Notes under the pieces: model-generated | Seen by the model: only the letters and a program-made list of their open reading frames with translations | The model's database searches: none | Told to the model about the DNA's origin: nothing | Translations under genes and position numbers: made by a program | NCBI RefSeq assembly: GCF_030144855.1 | Contig: NC_082713.1 | Coordinates: 21,266,001 to 21,330,000, forward strand | Direction: 5' to 3' | Source of the DNA: Hypanus sabinus | Lineage: Eukaryota | DNA length: 64,000 bases | In this document: in pieces, positions 25,029-37,151 of the stretch | How positions within the stretch are numbered: the first letter of the stretch is position 1 | How the letters are laid out: each line of letters opens with the position of its first letter

Positions 25029-25707
25029 ATTTTTCGCAATGTTATTTATAAGTTTGCACCAAAAATAAAATCCATGGTTATCACAGAAGTTTTCTGTAAA
25101 ATCAAAAACAGTTACTGTAGCAGTGTGAAGGACAGAATATGTTTATGAACTAAGCAGGACTTAAAGATTTTAACCTTGTGAAAACATAACTGCAACAATT
25201 TGAAGCAACTTTTTAATTTTCTTTCTAATTATCTTTCTTATATTTATTTATATTAAATGGTATCAGAAATTCAGATTTATTTTTAAGGCAAACTGGGGTT
25301 ATTGCACTGTTTTGGGAATTTGTGACACTGTGTAACTGCTTGGAAACTTGGAAACATTTCAAAAGCCAACCTTTCACTCAGATACTGGAGAAGAGCTCTG
25401 TAAAATGGCTGTTTTTTGTCATTTGGTCTTTGACACACATTGATTATCTTATAGGTATTGGTAAGATAAGAAATATTGGGCAAAGATGAGAGGACTGCTA
25501 AGATATACAAATTAAATCTAATGTCAAGGAGAATCAGGAGAGCTCCATCTTATATCGCAGAGGAAAATATTCCAAAAATTCATTCTCTGATTCTTTTTAA
25601 TTTCACCTTCTGGCGTTATTCTCAATTCCGTTGGTTAAGGAGGTTTGATTTTGAGAGGAAGCAAGTGCAAAGTAATGACTAGTCACCATTTGGAAGCAGT
25701 AGAATGA

Positions 25708-25950
25708 GGGTGGCATGGTCGCGTAACTGTTCGTGCTGTGCTTTACAGCGTCAGTGATTGGAAGATTTGGCTTCAATTCTCACTGCTGTCCATTAGGAGT
25801 TTGTACATTTTCTCTGTGACCATGTGGGTTTCTTCCCACATTCGAAAGAAGTATGGGTTAGGGTTAGTAAGTTGTGAGCATGCTACGTTGGCGTCAGAAG
25901 CCTAGTAACACTTGTGGGCTACCCCCAGCTTATCCTTAGATTATATAGGT
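25708..25950 (+). mobile_element. V-SINE/HE1-like SINE
   Basis: Head ggtggcatggtcgcgtaac, B-box-like ttcaattc, central ggagtttgtacattttctctgtgaccatgtgggtttc. Confidence 0.7.
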
Positions 25951-25951
25951 A

Positions 25952-26134
25952 TGTTGTGTATGTGGCCGTTTACACAACAATATCATTAATAAAAGCGCTG
26001 GAGACTGGAGCTACGTTAACAGGGTTCTGTACTAACTAAAACCGAACTGAACACATATATACAGATCAACACATGCCCAATAGCACATGCTCAATAACGT
26101 GTTACTATGACATAAAATAGTACCATATTATACA
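25952..26134. mobile_element. Possible solo LTR
   Basis: TG...CA ends, 183 bp, breaks the SINE sequence; terminal 9-bp hairpin; TSD not clean. Confidence 0.4.
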
Positions 26135-26189
26135 GTAGGCTTTTTGGTACAAGGTAATTGATGCATATATGTATATATATATATACGTT

Positions 26190-26700
26190 ACCATCCATTT
26201 TCTTGTCAGGCATTTAAAGGAAAATAGAGAAATACCACAGAATTTATGAAAAACCATACATAACAAAGATTGACAAACATCCAATGTGCAACAGAGGACA
26301 AATTGTGCAAATAATAAATAAAAAAGAAGTAAATAAATAATACTGAGAACATGAGTTGCAAAGTCCTTGAATGTGAGTCTATAGGTTGTGGAGTCAATTC
26401 AGTGTTGAGGTGAGTGAAGTTAACCCTCTGGTTCAGGAGCCTGATGGTTTCATGGTAAAAACTGTTCCTGAACCTGATGGTCTTGAACTTAAAGGTTCCA
26501 GTACATACCGCCTGATGATAGTAGCAAGAAGAGAACATTTCCTTGATGATGGGGGTCCTTGGTGTGTCCTGATGGGACTCAACAAGACCAGATGGAAAAG
26601 ATGCTGCTTTCTTGTGGCTGTGCTCCTTGTAGATATGCTGGGGAAGACTTTGCCTGCGATCAGTAGGGCTGTATCCAGCACTTTCTGTAGACCTTTATCT
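26190..26700 (-). mobile_element. Rex1-like LINE 3' end
   Basis: Antisense FKTIRFRNSFYHETIRLLN and 3' UTR. Confidence 0.7.
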
Positions 26701-29700
26701 TCCTCTCCCTTAATCTTTATTTCAAGGGGGAATTGGTAAGCCCTACCATTCTAGCCTGTTTGATCCTGATAGATTTGACACTACGTTGCAATGATTGGCA
26801 ATAAGTTGCATTAGTCTTTGTGCACAATATGCACTTTACTTCACAGTTATAAGACAGACAGGATATTAGCTGACCACAGTTACTTACTGGCTGCCTACAC
26901 TTGTCTTTTTTGGATGTGGAGATCTGATGCAACTGACGCTCAGTACCTGAGATACTAGACTTATATAAAAAAAAATTACCCCTATAATCACTCAGATGTC
27001 TGCATATGTCCTATCCAACATATTATAGAGAAAATCCCAAACTGCATTATTTCATTACATTTATATTGAATCACCCAATATTATGGCAGTTACGATTGTA
27101 CTCAGGAAGCTCTTAATTGCTAATTTAGAAAAGCTCATGGTTATAATTAACAGGAACATTTAAAGAGTCAACTAAATACCTCAATTCTCTTTTTCTGGTA
27201 GAGCTGTTAATATTTCTCCAACCAAAGCAAACATATCTTTGCTGTACACAATTCATTAAACCAACTCCTGATGGGAAAGATGGAGCATTCATGCATTAAT
27301 CTGTATGTATATTAAACTTTAAGAATTCATTGTTTAGACATCAACAATAGCACTAATATCCTGCAAAAACATCAGGAGACTGTTTGTTCACTAGGTTGGT
27401 TACCTTCAATGAGAAAGACTTTTTTGTCTCTTGTCTTATCTCAACAGTAATGTTCCCTGCCCTTAGGAGTTCAATATTCTTTAATTAAGACTTTAGTCTC
27501 ACAGATGGCGCTACTCTTATCCCTGGTATCATTGGCTAGTTTAGTTCTGCATACATTAATAGTTTGAGTTCTTTTTCTACCCCTGGTTTCAGAACAAAAT
27601 CTCTTTTTCCATGATTAATGGGCAACAGAAATTGGTGATCTTGAATCATGCTATCTTCCTTAATGAACAAACAACTTAGGCTTCTTTCTGGGGCACCATT
27701 TAAACTAGATTCTGTTTCTGTTAGTGAAATTGAATGCTAAGCTCTTTTTGCAGAATTAATAGATTTAACAGTAGAGAACATGTCATGCATTCATATTTGA
27801 AACAACAAGGGAAGAAGCTATTTAATGCATCATGTACCTTTCAGATCTTTGAAGTAGCTCCACTCTCCTGTACCTTTTCCAAAAACTTGAATATTTCTCC
27901 TTTTGTAACATTTATCTAATATAATGATGGGAAATTATTAACAAATCTTCTTTCAACATGATTTCAAGGTGTGAGTCCTAGAGTCATAAGAAAACAATTC
28001 TCTTCTCATCCCTATTGCCTTAAATCTGTTTCCTCTGCTCTCTTTTATCACAACTTATTTAATTAATTTTATTTATGTATATTTTATATCTATATAATTT
28101 TTATATATGTCAATTTATGTATATAACTTCACAGGATTTGTAATGCATTTCACTATATTGTTGCTGCAATATGATAAATTTCAGTATATATGCCAGTGAT
28201 ATTAAACTTGATTCTGTTTTTAATTACTAATTCTTCTGTTGCTGCAACAACAGTGTTCTGATTATTTAATCTCATCATAAAGTTCTACATGACTTTGGAC
28301 ACCTCTATTAAAATTTCTACTGCTCAAAGAGAATAACTGGAATTTATTCTGAACAACAAGTTTGTCTATGAGTGCCTGAAAAAATTATTGGTCACCAGTT
28401 GTAATCACCTCAGCATAGCTGGTTCCATTTGAAGCTCACTGTGTAGAGGTGAGGTTATACCACAGAAGGCCTATATTCTCAGACCCATTATCCAAAGAAA
28501 ATTTCTCTGCTGATATGTTTTTGCTTGTGATTTCACACATGCTTGTCAACAATGTCCATTTAACCACTCTGTAATGGAATTGCCTCATCTTCCAACACAA
28601 TGGGGCCATTGTTACTTTTGTACATATGTTAGTATTTTTGGCTCCTGGAAAATCCGCTGATGCGCCATGTCAATATGTTTGTAGCATTTGCTCAATGTTT
28701 TAATACGATTCGGAAAGAACAAGAGAGAGAGAGAGGAAGCTAAAGAGAATTAGAATTTCACAAATAAAGATCCTCTAAATCTGTACATGAAAAACTGCAT
28801 TAAATCTTCTAGCCCTCAATATTGATCCCTTTGTATTCAACCTCTTCACACACAAGGAACATTCTCATGCCTTTGGACCTTCCAAAACAGCACCAAAATT
28901 ACAGGCAGTACCTATATTTTATCTTCATGATGTAGGCTCTGTTGATCTGGCCTCATTTATTGCTTATCCCTTCTGACACTGAAGAGATGATCACAAGCTT
29001 TCTTTTTTTCCCAGTGAACAGCTAAACCTGGAAGCTCCCAGAAAATGAACTTATTATGGGAAATTCTGATGCTGCAAAGGATATGGTGGGATTGACAGAC
29101 ATTGTGCGATTAAGTTGCGCCTTCAGAGGTGTTGATCAGGTGGAGGTCAGACATGGATCTGATGGCTGTAGCGTGATCTCGATTTAATGGCTACGGAGCA
29201 GATGCAGATCTGATTTGAATCTAATATTGATGCTTCAGCTGGAGATCCAATGGTTGTAAACCTATATTCCATTCCAGCTATTTATTTTCTTTTGTGCTGG
29301 CTGTATGAGGGATGACTGACCTACCACCATCAACTGAGGACCAAAATCACCCTAAGCACCTAAAGCCTTAAGAAAACTGTTGATAAGATTAGAGCCATAC
29401 AAAGTGACACATGTACCTCAGTTCCCCTTTGTTTGTACTTATATGTTCATGGTGTGAATGTGGAATTCAACTTTTGTCATGTGAGGTGGCTAGTTTACTT
29501 GTCGGCCACAGCTACTTCTGTCATGCCAGTTATCAATTGGCCCGTTCAAAGGATGCAGCAGCTCTTTCCCATTGGCTGCCATTTGTGCATAGCACTAGTG
29601 TCTGGTTTCAAGTTCCTCATGCTCTCCTTTGTCCCCAGGCACTCATCCTCACACTGAGGTTGTGGCCGGTGCTGAAGAGCCACTGGGAAAGTGTGCTACA

Positions 29701-30344
29701 AATATACGAGGCCCACGCGCACTGTTAGCCAAGTGTCTGTTTGCTGAATTTTAGTTTTGTACTTTTGTAACTTGAGAGGGACTCAGATGCCTGGTTGAAT
29801 GTTCCACTGTTTGTAAATAGATGATTAATGTGCTTGGTTGTAATCAGCGTCTTCTGTCTCACTTCTTTGGTTGTCCATCGATTTTGATGTTGACTGTGCA
29901 GAGAGTTTAGTCTCTGCGGGCATATTTATGGGCCATAAGACCAGGATTGGATCAGCACTGTCTCCCACAACACCATCCAGAAACTCTACTCCAACATGCC
30001 TTGTACAGTAATAAGACAGATGGTGTTGTGCCCCCACCATACAGTCTCTCCGGGCTTCCAGATCTGATGCTAAGTGGTACACAGGAGTGTAACAGACTTA
30101 GCGGATAAGGAAGCTGCCCCACAGTGACAACTAACTAGTCTAGTGATGCCATCCGTTGACCAGCACTCCGGTTCCCCTGCATGCCACCAAGGTGGCTGTA
30201 CCATTGACCCTTTTGGATTCATTTGCCACAGACACCATCAGGTGCCCCACTGCTGGCGTCCTCGTTGTGTGCAGCCTTTGCTTGAAGAGGCATAACCCAC
30301 AAAGTAGCAAAGGCATGCTTACCTCCTTGACTTAGCCAGCCACG

Positions 30345-30978
30345 ATCCTACTACTAGATCCAGCCCCCATGGTCCCTTCTCCTCTTTATCAGATTCCTTC
30401 TTCCTCAGTCATTTACCCCTTCTATCTATCACCTCCCAGCTTCTCAATTCATTCCCCCCTCCCCCTAACCTGGCTTCACCTATCACCTTCTAGCTTGTAG
30501 TCCTTCCTTGCCACCCCCCCACACCTTCTTACTCTTGCTTCTCCCCCCTTCCTTTCCAGTTCTGATGAAGGGTCACAGCCTGATCTGTCAACTCTCCATG
30601 GGCAGTGCCTGACTGGTTGAGTACCACCAGCATTTTATCGTATTTATATTTAGAGATACAGGGAAGAATAGACCCTCCTGTCCCTTTGAACCACACTGCC
30701 CAGCAACCCCTGATAACCCCAATTTAACCCTAACCTAACCACAGGACAAGTTACAATGACTGATTAACCTACCCACTGCATCTTTGGACTGTAGGAGGAA
30801 AGCAGAGGACCTGGAGAAACCCATGCATTCCATGGAGTGGAAGTACTTATATTCCTTACAGAGGATGCCGGGAATGAACTCCAAATTCCAATGCCCTGAG
30901 CTGTAGGAACATTACACAACCATGTCTCCCATGTGTGTGTGTTGCTCTGGATTTCCAACATCTACAGAATCTCTTGTG
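30345..30978 (+). mobile_element. Penelope terminal repeat split by a minus-strand V-SINE (about 30640-30925)
   Basis: Degenerate hammerhead at 30557-30593; tail ...ccagcatttt resumes as tgtgtgtgttgctctggattt after the SINE. Confidence 0.75.
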
Positions 30979-31010
30979 GTTTTTATTCATACCACATTTG
31001 ATAACACATT

Positions 31011-31333
31011 TCCTTCTACCATAGGCCACAAACTTATCAATCACCCCGATCAGTGATGAGTTATTAACTTCAAACTTTCTGCATAATCACCCAAAGAGCT
31101 GACTGTATGTGCATGTAATGGGAGCTGTATAAGTCATGTCCTTCTACCATAGGCCACAAACTTATCAATCAGCCCTGCTGAGGACACTTCCTGGAGGTCA
31201 AGATCAGTATGGTCCATGACCGCTGGACTAAGTGTATAAATGTAGGAGGGGACTATGTTGAAAAATAAATGTGCTAGGTTTTCTAAAATTGACTCCTTCT
31301 ACCTTAGGCCACAAACTTGTCCATCACCCCTCC
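31011..31333 (+). mobile_element. Mariner-derived non-autonomous element
   Basis: 31221-31268 encodes RWTKCINVGGDYVEK*, the conserved mariner transposase C-terminus, followed by a TIR-like 37-mer present in three direct copies. Confidence 0.8.
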
Positions 31334-31444
31334 TTCAAGGCAACTGAGGCTAGAAGAAGATCATTTCCCTTTTCTCTTGTTAGATCAACATCCATTTTGT
31401 TGAGATAATATACTGGCTGCTTTCATTTAAAGCTGTTGGGAATT

Positions 31445-31690
31445 CAGTGGTGCAACAGTTAGCATGACGTTATTACTTGTCAAGGAGTTTGGAGTTCAGT
31501 CCCTGTGCTGTTAATAAGGGGTTTGTAGATTCTCCCCGTGAACTGTGTGGGTTTCTTCTGGGTGCTCTGGTTTTCCTCCACTGTCCAAAGTTAGTAGATT
31601 AAGTAGTCATTGTCATTTGTCCTGTGATTAGGCAAGACTGCCTGAAGGACAGGAAGGGCCTATGTGTGCTGCATCGCTAAATGAAATAAA
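31445..31690 (+). mobile_element. V-SINE/HE1-like SINE
   Basis: Central domain ttctccccgtgaactgtgtgggtttcttctgggtgctctggttttcctcc. Confidence 0.7.
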
Positions 31691-31939
31691 TAGATTTCTT
31701 TTATACACTCTGACAGTATGGGGTGGGTTGTGGAGAACATGGTGTCTGAACAGCCGCAGAATGCTAGCTCCTGTCACTATGCCCTCTAGTGTTTGCTTGT
31801 GCAGGTACAATGCACGTTACATTCTTACTTTCTTGGGATTCTATGTGGCAGGGCTTCCCAAAACCCAACAATTAGAAAATTTCACTCACATCATCAAAAT
31901 AAGAAGATCAGTGACGAGTGATAAACTGGAAAATCAAAA

Positions 31940-32480
31940 TGACAAGAGATTCTGCAGATGCTGAAAATCCTGAGCAATACACTCAAAATGCTAGAGTAAC
32001 TCAGCAGGACAGGCAGCCTCCATGGAGCAATAAACACCCAATGGTTCTGGTCAAGATTCTTCATCGTAAGTGGAAAGGAAGGGTGAAGAAGCCAGAGTAA
32101 GAAGGTAGGAAGAGGAGAAGGAGTGCAAGGTGACAGATGGTAGGTGAGACCATGTGAGGGGGAAGTTGTGTGGGTAGGGGAGGTGGACTGAAGAAAGGAG
32201 CTGGAAAGTGATAGGTGGAAGACGTGAAAGAATGAAGAGTCTATACGAAGAGGAGTGTGGACCTTGATAGAAAGGGAAGAAGGAGGGGAACCAAAGGCTG
32301 GTGATGTGCAGGAGAGGAAAATTCTGAGAAGATCTGCTTGCTAGATTAAGTTTTGGTCAGGCAGGAGGAATAGCAGAACTGAAACAGATCTGAGAGACAT
32401 CGAAGACTGCAAAGGCTGGAATCTGGGGCAACAAAATGTTGGAAGAACTCAGTGGGTCAGGCAACATCTATGGAGGGAAA
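31940..32480 (-). mobile_element. Penelope terminal-repeat fragments, diverged
   Basis: acaagagattctgcagatgctgaaaatcc end plus purine-rich body; second short copy at about 32395-32480. Confidence 0.7.
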
Positions 32481-33094
32481 TGATCATGATCGAGAATCTG
32501 ATTGATGGTCGTAAGGAAAGAAGCAATCTCCATAGGGTTATAACTAGACTCCAAATCTGTCCCTCCTGCAATACATTCTTACTTCTAGTGGACCGATGAA
32601 GAGAAGAACCTGAGCATTTAGCCACTCATCACATACACAGTGTTATCAACCCATTTCAATTACTCACAAACAAAGGAAAACAGGCCTCTCATGATTAATA
32701 GCTCAAGGAAAAAAACTGCTTTACACTCCATTCATAAAACTCATTTGACTTATAATCACTGCAAAGAAGAAATGTCATTTTAGTAGCAGATGTCATGCCT
32801 TCAGGACTATAGCATGTGTGATGTTTGATGGCATCTCTGCATGGTATAAAGAAACTAATCATACTGGCTCCGATGCTTTCCTTCCTGTGATTCACATAAA
32901 TTTCCATCTGATGGATTTCACACCTTAATCTTAATCTAGGTATTTAAGCTCGCTTTAATTGGATACACATGCATATCCCTACCTACCCACCAACCATTTT
33001 TCCTGTTTCTGCCCCGCTCTACATGCTGACCTTCTGTGAATTGAATGAGGAACTCAGGCAAGGAGAGAAGGGAAGATAATGCAATGAGAGTGCT

Positions 33095-34700
33095 GGATTC
33101 AGAGTCAGATTCACAACTAGCTTCGTTATCATTGACATAAGGCATGAAATGTGTTTTTTTGTGGCAGCGTTACAGTGCAAAAAGTAAAATTGTCATAATT
33201 TAAAAAAATAAATAGTGCAGAAGAAAGGAATAACAGGGTGGTGTTCATAAGTTCATGGACCATTTGAAAATCTAATGGTGGAGGGAAGAAGATATATGAG
33301 AATAGTTGAGAATTCATCTTTAAGCTCCTGTACTTCAAACTTACTGGTAGTAATGAGAAATGAGTACGTCCTGGACAGTGAGGACCTTAGTAATGGGTGC
33401 TGCCTTTTGAGGCACTGCCGCGAGAAAATATCCTGAATGGTAGGGAGGGTTATGCCCGTGGTGAAGCTGGCCGGGCCTACAAGCCTCTGCAGCCTCTTGC
33501 AATCCCATGCCTTGAAGCCTCCATATTGGGCTGTGATGCAACCAGTCAGATTGCTCTCCACTGCACATTTATGGAAACTGGTAAGAATCTTCTCAAACTC
33601 CTAATGAAGTAGAGCTACAAATGTACCTTCTTTTTAATTGCAGGAATGTTTTGGGCCTAGGATAGATCTGCTGAGGCATTGATGCCCAGCAACCTGAAGC
33701 TGCTCACCCAATGACTTCTCATTGTCTGTGTTCTCCCAAACTTCCCCTTCCTAAAGACCACAATGAATTCCTTGGTCTTGCCGATACTGAGTAGAAGGTT
33801 ATTATTGTGACACCAATCCATCTCAATCCTGTATGCATCTTCATCGCCACCTGAAATTTTACCAACACCAAGTCAAGTCAAGTTAAGTCACTTTTATTGC
33901 CATTTTGACCATAACTGCTGATACAGTACGTAGTAAAAATGAGACAGCGTTTTTCAGGACGATGGTGTTACATGACACGTACAAAAACTAGACTGAACTA
34001 TGTAAAAAACAGCACAGAGAAAACTATACTGGACTACAGACCTACACAGGACTGCGTAAAGTGCATACAAACAGTGCAGGCATTACAATAAATAATAAAC
34101 AGGACGATAGGGTAAGGTGTCAGTCCAGGCTCTGGGTATTGAGGAGTCTGATAGCTTGGGGGAAGAAACTGTTACATAGTCTGGTCATGAGAGCCCGAAT
34201 GCTTCGGTGCCTTTTCCCAGATGGCAGGAGGGAGAGGAGTTTGTATGAGGGGTGCATGGGGTCCTTCATAGAGCTGTTTCCTTTGCAGATGCAGCGTGTA
34301 GTGTAAATGACCAGTTAAGTCATTGGTGAATTTATAGATAACATTTGATTTGTGCTTAGCCATGCAGTCATGGGTATAGAGAGAGTAGAACTGTGGGCGA
34401 AGGACATATCACTGAGGTGTGCCTGTGTTAATTGTTAATGAAAAAGAGGTAGGAGCAGATTGATGGGACTGGGCAGTTTAAATGGTTCAGCACCAACTCG
34501 GTGGGCTGAAGGGCTTGCTTCTTTGCTGTCCTTTTCTATGGCTATATGACTCTATGTTATTACTGATCTTCACAGACTGTGATGTTCCACTAAAGAAGTC
34601 AAGGATCTGGTTGCACAGCAAGATGCAGAGACTTAATTTTCAAAGCTCAGTGATTAATACTGAAGGGATACTGGAAGATAAACTCTACCTCTGTGTTGCA
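33095..34700 (-). mobile_element. Rex1-like LINE fragment with a nested second LINE 3' end (about 33870-34310, (CAAGT)n tail)
   Basis: ESNLTGCITAQYG and VIYKFTND antisense motifs lie on either side of the nested piece. Confidence 0.7.
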
Positions 34701-34914
34701 GAGTCGCTCCCTTTTGAAATCCTTCAATTACAGTATAACTCATTATTCTTAAAACATTGCTTCCTAGCAAAAGTCAACAGTTAAATCAACATTGACACCC
34801 AGCAAATATGTGACAATACCTGGAATTTGTACAATGTATGACGTGAATCCAACAAATTTGAGATTGAAGATAAGTCATGGAATGATAACTGTTGCCGTCT
34901 TTCAGTAATGTTCC

Positions 34915-35587
34915 AGGAAAGAGAGAGCAATTTCATGTTCCAGTGTGTCAATATCTCTGAGGGCCTAACCTGGACCCAACATACTGAAGCAGATATAAAG
35001 AAGGCATGACAGTGGCTGTATTTCATCCAGTCAAGATTTGGAATGTCAACAAAAAATATTGTAAATTTCTACAGATGTACTGTGAAGAGTATTCTAACAG
35101 ACTGCACCATCATCTGATATGGGGGGGGGGGGGCGCTATTGTACAGGATCAAAGTAAGCTGCAGAGAATTATAAAATTAGTCAGCTTCATCATGGGCCCT
35201 GGCCCTGGTATCCACAACATCTTCAAGGAGTGGTGCCTCAAAAAGGCAGCATCCATCATTAAGGACCTGCATCACCAAGGACATGCCCTCTTCTCTTTGC
35301 TACCATCAGCAAGGAGTTACAGGAGCCTGAAGGCACAAACTCAGTGATTCAGGGACAACTTCTTCCCTCTGCCATCTGATTTCTGAATGGATATTGAACC
35401 CATGAATTCTACTTAATTACTTTTTTTTCTATTTTTGCACTACTTATTTAATTTAACTATTTAATATACTTACAACAATTCACAGCTTTTTTTCCCTCTC
35501 TGTTATTATGCATCGCATTGCACTGCTGCCACAAAGTTAACAAATTTCACAACATATGCCGGTGATATTAAACCTGATTCTGATGCT
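34915..35587 (+). mobile_element. Rex1-like LINE 3' end
   Basis: CLKKAASIIKDLHHQGHALFSLLPSARSYRSL; tail aaacctgattctga. Confidence 0.85.
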
Positions 35588-36354
35588 GAAATATGCAAAT
35601 CTTCTACACTCTCAGGGCACAATCAATATTTGATTTTATTGAGGGGTATATAATGACTCTTGACATGTTAGATCTCTGTCAATACTTATATTACTCATTC
35701 TTTGACACATTGAAGTACAGTTGTTTATAAGTTTGTCTCACCAACACCCATTTCAGCTGAACTCCACTCGTTTATTTTGATAAATTTTTGCCCAGTGTGA
35801 CTTTAACTCACATCTTCAAGACTCTACGAAATTTATACAGAACGATGTAAGCTGTTCATTCTCTGATATTCAAAATCTGATTTTAAATTTTAGCTTCAAG
35901 TATCAGTGGTGAGATCCCATGTGGGGAGTTAAAAAGCCACATCAGCAGTGGGGGCACACTTTCATTTTGAGTTTGGAACTCAGTCCGTGCAAAGGTGTTG
36001 GAAACAATCTCAATGTCAAAGTCAAGGTAAATTTATTATTCAAAGAAAATATATGTGGCCATATATGTGATTCATTTTGTTACAGGCATTTATACAAAAA
36101 TAAAAAAATACTACACAATTTATGAAAAACTATGCATAAATAAAGACTGACAAACAGACCATGTGCAAAAGAAAAACAATGTGTAAATAAAAAATGGGCC
36201 AAATGGTCTTTTTTGGTTCATAATGACTTGATGGTTCTGTGATTGCGCTCATAAACTGGAAAGGCCTTATTTGATTGGCTGGTGGCATATTGATTTCTGC
36301 AGCACTGCTTCAAGCTAACACATTTGATTCTATTGACCATTGTATTTGGAGATA

Positions 36355-36835
36355 GTCACCAGTACAGCACAGAAACATATCCTTTGACCCATTGAGTGCG
36401 TGCCAAACTATTATACTGCCTACTTGCATTGACTTGCACCTGTACCATAGCCCTCCATTCCCCTCCCATCCATGTGCTTATCCAAATTTCTCTTAAATGC
36501 TGAGATCAAACCCACATCTACCACTTCCACTGTCAGCTTGTTCCACGTGCTCACCACCCTCTGAGTGAAGAAGTTACCCTCTTAAATATTCCAGCTTTAA
36601 TCCCTAACCTAAGGTCTCTAGTTCCAGTCTCAACCATCTTCAGTGAGAAGATGCATTTACCCTTTTTTACCCTCATAAATTTGTATACCTTGATGAAATC
36701 TCACCCCATTCTGCTGCACTCTAGGAAATAAACTCCCTATAACTCAGCTACTCAAGTGCTGGCAACATCCTTATAAATTTTCTCAGTACTCTTTCAATCT
36801 TATTGATATATTTCCTGTAGGTTGGTGACCAGAAC
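36355..36835 (-). mobile_element. CR1 LINE 3' fragment
   Basis: Antisense FFTQRVVSTWNKL motif and CR1 tail. Confidence 0.7.
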
Positions 36836-36899
36836 AATAATTCTTTTGCAGGTTCACCTATAGAAACCTTGTTACTCCCTCTAGATAGATAGTTCCTCT

Positions 36900-37151
36900 A
36901 GATAGTTCTTAACCCTTTAACACCATGGACCCCTTTGGCAGTCTGGTGAAGCCTTTGGATCTTTTCTCAGAATAACGTGTATAAATGTATAAAATAAACA
37001 GATTACAAAATAAACCAAATATATTGAAATACTGTGATCAAAATATTAAAAAAAACAAACTTGTGATATAGAAGTTAGTGAAAATAAAGATGTCAATTTT
37101 TCCAATTTCACGGACCCCCTGAAATCTATCCACAGACCCGCGAGATCACTG
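36900..37151 (+). mobile_element. hAT Charlie4-like non-autonomous element
   Basis: gttcttaacc...ccatggacccctttggcagtctggtgaagcc...ttctcagaata and gttagtgaaaataaagatg...cacggaccccctgaa match my recollection of the two ends of the Charlie4a consensus; preceded by CTCTAGA target-like sequence. Confidence 0.7.

Noticed and set aside
31011-31333. CRISPR-like array (three 37-bp direct repeats)
   Set aside because: Spacers are about 91 and 118 bp and unequal, one encodes a mariner C-terminus, there are no cas genes, and the context is eukaryotic.
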